Positions 23,705 to 30,841 of a stretch of DNA of 32,000 bases are shown piece by piece. Origin of the DNA: Flavobacteriaceae bacterium (lineage in GTDB: Bacteria > Bacteroidota > Bacteroidia > Flavobacteriales > Flavobacteriaceae); assembly GCA_028281065.1 (NCBI GenBank), contig JANQKN010000193.1:2438-34437 (forward strand). The letters are read 5' to 3'. The position numbers were made by a program, and so were the translations under genes. Position 1 is the stretch's first letter, and the number at the start of each line of letters is the position of its first letter. The notes below the pieces were generated by a model that made no database searches, was not told where the DNA came from, and saw only the letters and a program-made list of their open reading frames with translations.

Positions 23705-25393
23705 ATGAAAACGAGATCCATCCTTCGCTTTACGGCCCTTTTTTCCAGTAGCATCCTAGTACTTACTGTGTTCCTATTCGTAGGCTGCAAAGACAAGGCC
23801 CCAAAAGAAGAAAACGTACTGGTAACTGCCGAGCCCCCTCAAAAGGTACACGTAGCCTTTGCCGGTGGTGGTTGGAGGGCCCATACTGCGCACTCTGCCT
23901 GGACCATTTCACTATTGGACAACGGAAACAAAAAAGTGAGCGATGTATTTTCCAGCGTGGGGACCCTATCCTCAAACTCGGGGGGAAGCTGGTTTAGCAC
24001 CATGCTTACGTTTTCCAGTGATTTTGTTTCGGACCTTGAAGCCAAAGATGCCGCCAGCACATGGGCTACCTCCAGTGGTTGGATCGGCAAGCAACGACAA
24101 CTCTTCGATGCTGCTCCCTGCGGAAGTGAACCCGAAGGGATTTACTTGGAGTGTGTGTTCGATTACTATACCAACAAATCCTATACAGGCGGTACCTATT
24201 GGAAGTTGATGGTCGAAAACCTGGTTTTTAAAAGTTATCCGTTGGGAAGTACCACGTTGAGTGATCCTCATCTACCGTGGGCAGCAGACAAGCCTTTGTT
24301 ACTGGCTTCCACACTGCTCACTAATACTGTGGTGCTTAATAGTGAAGATAATGCAACCAACAATCATCGCTATTACCAAGCATGTCTTGCACCCAGTGAG
24401 ACCGTTTTAAATGGCGATTCCGGATCCAATTGCAGTGACGGAAGACCGCCCGATGTTACCCCCGCTACCTTTTCGAGCATTCCCTCAGGCAGTAGTTATC
24501 AGCCCTCGCCCTTTTTTGCCGAATTGGGAACCAATACCCAATCCGGTACCTTTAACCTTGGGTACACAGCGGACTATGTAGTAGAAGATGCGCCCAAATT
24601 TACAGAGCCCTTAAAATTGCCTTTGCGGGACAGTGGTGTACCCGTTATGACGGCTGCCGCGGCTTCCAGTGCAGCGGGAGGATTTGGCGCCAGTGAGCAT
24701 ATTACGGGGGATTTCGATCTTTCCTATCTTTTTGAAGACAACGCCGTAAGTTTTGGCATGTCTGGGGGTGCCGTGAACTATGTGGATGCTAAAGGTTTGG
24801 ACCTAAAAACACTATCCAACCAAAAAGTAGTACGGTTGGCCGATGGAGGCGCGGCAGATAATTCGGGCGTGGCCCAATTGGTACGTTCCCTGCAACTAAA
24901 CAACCAAGCCGATGGATTTCACATTGTGGCTTTCGATAACGTATCGGATATCACCACAGTTGCAGGAGGTGCCAATGTGGGAGTCGACATTGCCAGTTTG
25001 TTTGGGTATAAGGATCCCCTTTGTGTGAATTTAAAACTTACCAAATATTGTATTGAGACACCCGACCTTCAGATTTTCGAAGTGGCTCCGTTAACGGGCA
25101 CGAAGGCTACTTGGACACATCCCCTTAATTTAAAAGATGACAAGAGCGGCAATCAGTTGGTGTATACAAAATACGAAGTCACCACCAAGGCCAATCCTGC
25201 GTTGGGCATTGCGGGAGGCACTAAGGGAACCTTGCATTCCTTTACCTGTGCGTATCCTAAGGCATTTACGGCACCCATAGATGGTGATACCAATTTCGAT
25301 GCCTACAGCAATATGTTCACCTTTATCAACTCGGGATTAAATGCAAACCAAGCAGAAGGACTACAGTATTTACAAGCCGCGTTGGGCTTATAA
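23705..25393 (+). CDS. secreted lipoprotein with cPLA2-like / lysophospholipase (PLA2_B, patatin-clan) catalytic motifs
   Basis: Lipobox FLFVGC. AGGGWRAH corresponds to the GGGFRA oxyanion/Arg motif. SNSGGSWFSTMLTFSSDF corresponds to GLSGSTWYMSTLYSHPDF around the cPLA2 nucleophile Ser. LADGGAADN is a DGG-type catalytic Asp motif. Confidence 0.6.
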   Translation: MKTRSILRFTALFSSSILVLTVFLFVGCKDKAPKEENVLVTAEPPQKVHVAFAGGGWRAHTAHSAWTISLLDNGNKKVSDVFSSVGTLSSNSGGSWFSTMLTFSSDFVSDLEAKDAASTWATSSGWIGKQRQLFDAAPCGSEPEGIYLECVFDYYTNKSYTGGTYWKLMVENLVFKSYPLGSTTLSDPHLPWAADKPLLLASTLLTNTVVLNSEDNATNNHRYYQACLAPSETVLNGDSGSNCSDGRPPDVTPATFSSIPSGSSYQPSPFFAELGTNTQSGTFNLGYTADYVVEDAPKFTEPLKLPLRDSGVPVMTAAAASSAAGGFGASEHITGDFDLSYLFEDNAVSFGMSGGAVNYVDAKGLDLKTLSNQKVVRLADGGAADNSGVAQLVRSLQLNNQADGFHIVAFDNVSDITTVAGGANVGVDIASLFGYKDPLCVNLKLTKYCIETPDLQIFEVAPLTGTKATWTHPLNLKDDKSGNQLVYTKYEVTTKANPALGIAGGTKGTLHSFTCAYPKAFTAPIDGDTNFDAYSNMFTFINSGLNANQAEGLQYLQAALGL

Positions 25394-25957
25394 AACCCTA
25401 GCGGTTTTGGTTTATTAGAACTGGTCTGCCCTGAGCGGAGTCGAAATGTTTAAGGTTTAAGAAAGAAAAGTATTCCAAATTGGAATTTTACTTTCACGTT
25501 CTTTTTTCATTGATAAAAAAGAACCAAAAAATCTAGCCTGCCGATTCTTCTTCACCCATAGCATCCTCAATGCTGAACAAAATGAACTCGCTCCGATGGG
25601 CTCAAACAGCATTTTGTTCTTAACGCCTTTTCGGACTATGGGTCCCGAAGTCGAATCGAAGGCAGGATTGCCTCGACGTAACACTTTACCCTTTTATACA
25701 AGATAGGCGCAGTCAAGCTCCGAGACTCAGGTCAGCTGGAGGATGACCGCGGAGTTGACAAGTCGGTTTTCAGCGGGGCTGAAAAATCCCTTATAAAAGT
25801 GCCCTTTTCTTTGCACAAGCAAAGAAAATGAACATATAAAAATTAATCTCTGTAATATAAATGACAAAAATTTTTACATAAGACAATTATTTTGTCATGC
25901 CCCACACCCATGCACCACAACGGTACCCAACACTTTTACGGAAAACCGCTTCTGTAT

Positions 25958-26000
25958 ATTGGGAGAAAAAACCTACCTTTAGGGTTCTCCCCAGTTTTTA
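25958..26000 (+). repeat. direct repeat copy R2
   Basis: attgggagaaaaaacctacctttagggttctccccagttttta. See R1. Confidence 0.8.
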
Positions 26001-26153
26001 TTCTAGTAGATGGAAGGCTGTTCCTTTGGTAAGGGATGGTCTGATGGGGTGTGGTGTGGGGTTTTGCTAGCGGGTATTTATATAGTTTAAAAATATTTGA
26101 ATGGGAATCAAGTAACTCTTCGATAGATAGGTGATTGAAAGTTGAATAACGAA

Positions 26154-26705
26154 ATGGAAAAATTAATATCAAAGCAATTAATGTCTAAGGTTAGAAATGA
26201 AGTTCTGACAGAGTCCTTTAAAATTTTTTCTGATGCAAGTGAAAATAGAGAAAGGAAAAAGCGGACTTATGAGATATCAGTTTTTCTTTCACATAAGCAC
26301 AATGAAACTGAAATTATTAAACAAGCAGTAATACTATTTAAAGGGCTTGGAGTCAATGTTTATGTTGATTGGCTAGATTCTGAGATGCCAAAAACAACCA
26401 ATGGATATACAGCAAAAAAAATAAAGGAAAGAATTAGACAATGTGACAAGTTTGTTTTATTAGCTACAGAGCGGGCAATAGAGTCGAAATGGTGTAATTG
26501 GGAATTAGGTTATGGAGATTCTCAAAAATACTCCAAAGACATAGCTGTTATGCCAATAACAAATACTGAGGGGGGAGCTTTTAGCGGGAGTGAATATTTA
26601 GCAATTTATCCTATAATTACTTCTGGCTTTACTTATTCAACAGGAACGTATTATGTCGAATTTGAAGGAAAAAAAGTTAAATTGTCTGAGTGGTTAAAAA
26701 ACTGA
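26154..26705 (+). CDS. TIR domain protein
   Basis: The core ISVFLSHKHNE ... GVNVYVDW ... CDKFVLLATERAIESKWCNWELGYGD follows the bacterial TIR pattern: FISH strand A, then W-x-x-E with the putative catalytic Glu. I prefer the ATG at 26154. The track uses the TTG at 26142. Confidence 0.7.
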   Translation: MEKLISKQLMSKVRNEVLTESFKIFSDASENRERKKRTYEISVFLSHKHNETEIIKQAVILFKGLGVNVYVDWLDSEMPKTTNGYTAKKIKERIRQCDKFVLLATERAIESKWCNWELGYGDSQKYSKDIAVMPITNTEGGAFSGSEYLAIYPIITSGFTYSTGTYYVEFEGKKVKLSEWLKN

Positions 26706-26709
26706 TATT

Positions 26710-27141
26710 ATGGATGATAAAGAAATATTACATAAAGAAATTGATCTAATTCAAGGAGTAATTAACCGAATGGCAAATAACTCGTTTTTGCTAAAAGGAT
26801 GGACAATTGCAATAATTGTAGGTGTTTTAGCACTTACTAAAGATACATTGTTGACCAATGACATAACTTATTTTTCAATTATACTCCTCATTCCTCTAAT
26901 CGCATTTTGGTATTTGGATGCATTTTTCTTACACAAAGAAAGGTGCTATATAAAGTTGTATGATTGGGTTGTTGAAAACAGGTCAGAAACTAATGATTAT
27001 CTATACAACTTAGATTATAGAAGATTTAAAAACGACGTAGATAATATTTGGAAAATAATGTGGTCATCAACTCTTATAGTCTTCTATGGGATAACGGCTC
27101 TAATTTTAGTAGGGATTACAATTTATAATATAACAATTTAA
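26710..27141 (+). CDS. small (143 aa) predicted 3-TM membrane protein of unknown family
   Basis: Hydrophobic segments are LLKGWTIAIIVGVLAL, FSIILLIPLIAFWYLDAFFL and STLIVFYGITALILVGITIY. A K/R-rich loop lies between TM2 and TM3. The start is 4 nt after the upstream stop and the stop is 1 nt before the next start. Confidence 0.65.
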   Translation: MDDKEILHKEIDLIQGVINRMANNSFLLKGWTIAIIVGVLALTKDTLLTNDITYFSIILLIPLIAFWYLDAFFLHKERCYIKLYDWVVENRSETNDYLYNLDYRRFKNDVDNIWKIMWSSTLIVFYGITALILVGITIYNITI

Positions 27142-27142
27142 A

Positions 27143-27814
27143 ATGGGCAAGAAAATATTCGTATCCTACAAATATGCAGATAATAAAGTCGAAAAACTTC
27201 CAAGCAAGGAATGGTTTGAAAGTACTACTCCAAGGGATTATGTTGATGAGTTTGAAAGGAAATTGGACAAAGAAGATGATATTTATAAAGGTGAATCAGA
27301 TGGGGAAGATTTAAGTCATCTTTCTGAGATTACCATTGAAGCAAAGCTTAGAGATAGGATTTATGATAGTTCTGTGACAATAATTTTTGTTTCAAAAGGG
27401 ATGAAAGAACTAGGAAAGTCTGAAAATCAACAATGGATTCCTTGGGAAATTAGCTACTCACTTAAAGAAATATCTAGAGGAGGTAGAACGAGTCAAACGA
27501 ATGCAGTTTTAGTAGTTGTACTTCCAGACGAAAATGGATCATATGATTATTATATGTATCATAATCCTGAGTGTGACAGTACTACATATAGAACTGACCA
27601 AATGTTTCCGATAATGAGAGACAATATGTTCAATCAGAGAAAACCAAAAACAAAGGAATGCAATGGGAAAATTATTTATTATGGTTACTTTTCTTATATC
27701 TACTCTGTTAAGTGGGAATATTTTAAATCGGATTATAAAAGATATGTAAACATTGCAGTTTCAATTTTTGAGAATCGTGACAACTACGAAATAAAAAAAG
27801 AACTTGAAAGATGA
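27143..27814 (+). CDS. ThsB-like TIR protein (DUF1863 / MTH538 TIR-like type)
   Basis: KKIFVSYKYADN at the N-terminus. The segment IEAKLRDRIYDSSVTIIFVSKGM...QWIPWEISYSLKE parallels the Thoeris ThsB pattern, including the W-x-x-E Glu. Confidence 0.7.
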   Translation: MGKKIFVSYKYADNKVEKLPSKEWFESTTPRDYVDEFERKLDKEDDIYKGESDGEDLSHLSEITIEAKLRDRIYDSSVTIIFVSKGMKELGKSENQQWIPWEISYSLKEISRGGRTSQTNAVLVVVLPDENGSYDYYMYHNPECDSTTYRTDQMFPIMRDNMFNQRKPKTKECNGKIIYYGYFSYIYSVKWEYFKSDYKRYVNIAVSIFENRDNYEIKKELER

Positions 27815-27958
27815 CTTGCAGTTATCTCTGAGCTAATTGTTGATGAAAAAACTATCCCCCTGCTAGCGCCAGTCTCCAGACGGGTGCTTCCATCAGCATA
27901 AGTAAGGACTTACAGTACATGAGGCAACAAGAAGCAAGATTTACATTACTTTTATAGA

Positions 27959-28495
27959 GTGTTCTGGAAAAGAAAGAAAAAGAAATCAAATGAATTTAAA
28001 TGCAGGGAATGCGGGAAAGCCCATGAAGAATGGCCTGCCTTAGCTTTTAAGTCCCCTTATAATTATGCCTGTCTTTCTGATCAAGCCCAAAAAGAAAGGG
28101 GAAAATTGGATTCAGATTTTTGCCAAATCAAGCACGATGAGCAAACAGATCGATTTATTAGGGTCACCCTAACACAAAAAGTAAACGATCATTGCGAGGA
28201 TTTGGAATATGGGCTTTGGGTTTCCCTTAGTGAAAAGAGCTTTTTTGATTATCTAGAAAATTTTGATAATAAAAATCATAAAGTAATCTATTTCGGGTGG
28301 CTGTGTAGTAACATCCCTGAGTATGGAGATACCATGTCGATTCCTTGCGATGTAAAGACAAGAACTGGAAACTCTAGGCCAGAAATAATTCCGCATAATG
28401 ACCATGACCATCCTTTTGTAACAGACTATTACAACGGAATAACTAAAGAGGAAGCCGAGAAGAGAATAAATAAAATGCTGGAAAACGTTAAGTAA
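27959..28495 (+). CDS. DUF2199-family protein
   Basis: GTG start. CRECGKAHEEWPALAFKSPYNY ... DRFIRVTL ... YGLWVSLSEKSF matches the DUF2199 pattern, from recall. Confidence 0.6.
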   Translation: MFWKRKKKKSNEFKCRECGKAHEEWPALAFKSPYNYACLSDQAQKERGKLDSDFCQIKHDEQTDRFIRVTLTQKVNDHCEDLEYGLWVSLSEKSFFDYLENFDNKNHKVIYFGWLCSNIPEYGDTMSIPCDVKTRTGNSRPEIIPHNDHDHPFVTDYYNGITKEEAEKRINKMLENVK

Positions 28496-28525
28496 CAAGG
28501 TGCTGAATTCTTCCAATTCTATTTT

Positions 28526-29242
28526 ATGAAATTACCCAGAAACAGAGGCAAAGAAGGCCGTGACGATCTCCTTTTTGGTACCCCAAAAGTACAGGCGACC
28601 CTAAAAGAAGCGGTTGCAGATATACAGTACCTGCTCTCCCGCGGCTATGCCGAGAAGTCCGCACTGCAATTGGTGGGGAATCGGTACCGGTTGAACGTAC
28701 GCCAGCAAAAAGCCGTACAAGGCATGGGTGCTTCCCAAGAGCAGATCGCCCAGCGCAAACAAACCGAGCTGCCTTTGGAGCAACTAACAGGACAGGACAT
28801 CGCTATTGATGGCTTTAATCTGCTCATCATTCTGGAAAGCGCCCTGTCGGGCGCCTATGTCTTTAAAGGTCTGGACGACTGTTACCGCGATCTTTCCAGC
28901 GTACACGGTACTTACAAACGCGTACAACAAACCGAGGGCGCTTTACAACTCGTGGGCGATACCCTTAAGGAACTCCAAACCGGGAATGTGCTTTGGTATT
29001 TCGATCAGCCCGTTTCCAACAGCGGACGTCTTAAAACAATGCTGGGTGAACTCACCCAGGAAAAAGGCTACGATTGGAACATAGAGCTAGATTATAATCC
29101 CGACAAACTATTGGCCGAAACCGATCGCGTGGTGGTCAGTTCCGATGCTTGGGTACTCGATCGAGCAGGGCGGTGGTGCAACCTCGCCAAGGCGTTGATC
29201 GAAGGGAAAATTTCAGCAGCACAGGTCGTCTTTTCAAAATAA
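28526..29242 (+). CDS. DUF434-family protein with a C-terminal region resembling a NYN/PIN-like nuclease
   Basis: The N-terminus AVADIQYLLSRGYAEKSALQLVGNRYRL is DUF434-like. IAIDGFNLLI and VVVSSDAWVLD resemble YacP/NYN motifs. GC is visibly higher than the flanks. Confidence 0.5.
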   Translation: MKLPRNRGKEGRDDLLFGTPKVQATLKEAVADIQYLLSRGYAEKSALQLVGNRYRLNVRQQKAVQGMGASQEQIAQRKQTELPLEQLTGQDIAIDGFNLLIILESALSGAYVFKGLDDCYRDLSSVHGTYKRVQQTEGALQLVGDTLKELQTGNVLWYFDQPVSNSGRLKTMLGELTQEKGYDWNIELDYNPDKLLAETDRVVVSSDAWVLDRAGRWCNLAKALIEGKISAAQVVFSK

Positions 29243-29245
29243 AGC

Positions 29246-29267
29246 AAGGGTTAGGTCTCGAACCCTT
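29246..29267. terminator. candidate bidirectional terminator hairpin between convergent genes
   Basis: aagggtt-aggtctcg-aaccctt. The T-tract is weak. Confidence 0.35.
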
Positions 29268-29273
29268 CTCCTT

Positions 29274-29882
29274 TTAAGCTTCCTCAATGGTCCTAAAAGT
29301 CAGGTTTACCCGTGGGGTTTTTACCAATTTAGTAGGGGGGAGCCGATGCAACCAATGGGTTTGCGTAGTACCTTTCATGACCAATAGACTGCCATGTTCC
29401 AAAAGGAGCTCTACCTTTTGTTTGGATACCTTGTGCTTAAAGGCAAACTTCCGTACCGCCCCCAAACTTAAGGATCCAATGGCCCCGTTGCGTTTTAGGT
29501 CTTTTTCGCCATCACTGTGCCAAGCCATGCCCTCACTTCCATCGTGGTATAAGTTTAACAAACAGGAATTAAAGGTTTCCTTGGTTTTCTGTTCTACAAG
29601 TTCCTTTAGTTCGAGCAATTCGGGCGTCCAGGGTAGGGCGAGTTTGGTGGTGTTGGAATAGGTATATTCAAAAGGCTTTTCGGCATACCAGGCGACCTTT
29701 CGTTTGGTGACGATCTTTTTACCATAAATAATAGCCTCGTCGTTTTTCCATGCGATGGTCTCTAGCAATTGCTTCAAATAGTAATTGGCGCGTTCCTGTG
29801 TAAGTATGGCGCCATAATAATGCACCGTACCCTCTTTGGGCAATAGGTTTCGGGTAGGATCTAAAGCATTAAACAAGTCCAT
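29274..29882 (-). CDS. alkB: alpha-ketoglutarate/Fe(II)-dependent DNA dioxygenase AlkB
   Basis: Motifs LLNLYHDGSEGMAWHSDGE, THWLHRLP and RVNLTFR. Confidence 0.85.
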   Translation of the reverse strand: MDLFNALDPTRNLLPKEGTVHYYGAILTQERANYYLKQLLETIAWKNDEAIIYGKKIVTKRKVAWYAEKPFEYTYSNTTKLALPWTPELLELKELVEQKTKETFNSCLLNLYHDGSEGMAWHSDGEKDLKRNGAIGSLSLGAVRKFAFKHKVSKQKVELLLEHGSLLVMKGTTQTHWLHRLPPTKLVKTPRVNLTFRTIEEA

Positions 29883-30114
29883 TTTTCCATTTTTTATAAG
29901 CGTCCCTCATACAATGCCCGCAAGGTCTGTAGCCGTTTTGCAGGGCATCTTTTTCCGAGGCAAAAAACACACGGTTTTCCCGTTTCATTCGCTTACCCGA
30001 TTTACAGTGCAAGGTTCCATAAATCTTCAGGTTTTTGTTTCCCCCAAAGATAATTTTTTGTGTTTTAATTTCTTGGTATAAGGCATTTTTGGAAAGTTCC
30101 GAATGCAGTATCAT
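29869..30114 (-). CDS. stand-alone Ada N-terminal-type metal-binding domain protein
   Basis: LHCKSGKRMKRENRVFFASEKDALQNGYRPCGHC. I prefer the ATG at 30114 (MILHSEL). An alternative ATG is at 30129. Confidence 0.7.
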   Translation of the reverse strand: MILHSELSKNALYQEIKTQKIIFGGNKNLKIYGTLHCKSGKRMKRENRVFFASEKDALQNGYRPCGHCMRDAYKKWKNGLV

Positions 30115-30115
30115 A

Positions 30116-30841
30116 TTAACTTGCGGCATCGTGAAATATCACACCCAGTGTATGGCGTTGCCCCTTGTGTAGCTCACTTACCCCATGTTTCATCGTTGCC
30201 CGGTAATAACCCCGAGTGCCTTTTATGGGCCTAAATTGGGTAGTAAACAAGAGCATATCCCCTTTTTTAAGCGGTACCACTATGGCCTTGGACTGTGCCC
30301 TGGGCGTTTGTTGGGTAAGTACAAATTCCCCTCCTGTAAAATCTTTATTGGGTTCGCTCAATAAGAAAGCGGCTTGTATGGGGAAATAGATATCGCCGTA
30401 TAAATCCTGATGCAAGGTGTTAAATCCCCCTTTCCCGTAGCGTAAGATCAAGGGAGTGGGCTTCAACTGTCCGTGGTCATGGCATAGGGCTTGCAATTCT
30501 TGGAGTGTTTTGGGAAAATGCTTGTCAATCTTAAGCACCTTCATCCATGCATTGGCAATGGGCGCCAGTTTGGGGTATATCCTTTCCCGAAGGGTCTGTA
30601 GCATTTCAGGTAGCGGATAGTCGAAGTATTTGTACTCACCTAAACCAAAACGGTACCGTTCCATGATCACGGTCTTTCGATAGCCCGTGGGTTTATCGTA
30701 CAAATCCACCCATGTGGCACATTGCTTTTCCGATAGGAATTTGGGTACGATGGCATACCCTTTTTCATGCATGTTCTCGGTAATTTTTGCCCAATCCAAG
30801 GCTTCTATGTGTAGGTCTACGTGCTCCATTTTCCTATACAT
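30116..30841 (-). CDS. 2OG-Fe(II) oxygenase-family protein of the type co-operonic with ada/alkB
   Basis: HxD in TLHQDLYGD and a distal His in ATMKHGVSEL. It overlaps both neighbours. Confidence 0.6.
   Translation of the reverse strand: MYRKMEHVDLHIEALDWAKITENMHEKGYAIVPKFLSEKQCATWVDLYDKPTGYRKTVIMERYRFGLGEYKYFDYPLPEMLQTLRERIYPKLAPIANAWMKVLKIDKHFPKTLQELQALCHDHGQLKPTPLILRYGKGGFNTLHQDLYGDIYFPIQAAFLLSEPNKDFTGGEFVLTQQTPRAQSKAIVVPLKKGDMLLFTTQFRPIKGTRGYYRATMKHGVSELHKGQRHTLGVIFHDAAS

Larger units (their letters stand above)
26073..27860. other. compositionally distinct low-GC cassette carrying three tightly packed genes
   Basis: Hand counts of sample 60-nt lines inside the cassette give 28%, 33% and 37% GC. 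Sampled backbone lines give 35-48% and the DUF434 gene gives 48-57%. The octamer TGCTAGCG sits at both edges (26065-26072 and 27861-27868). Confidence 0.6.

Noticed and set aside
25457-26172. Two minus-strand ORFs (75 aa at 25457..25684 and 78 aa at 25936..26172) in the non-coding stretch.
   Set aside because: Their composition is not protein-like. The second runs through repeat R2 and into the start of the TIR gene. I treated the region as non-coding.
23521-29270. Integrase, transposase or other recombinase expected next to the tRNA-linked accessory patch.
   Set aside because: None of the supplied ORFs or the gaps shows tyrosine or serine recombinase or DDE motifs. The region is therefore not called a mobile element, only a compositionally mosaic patch.
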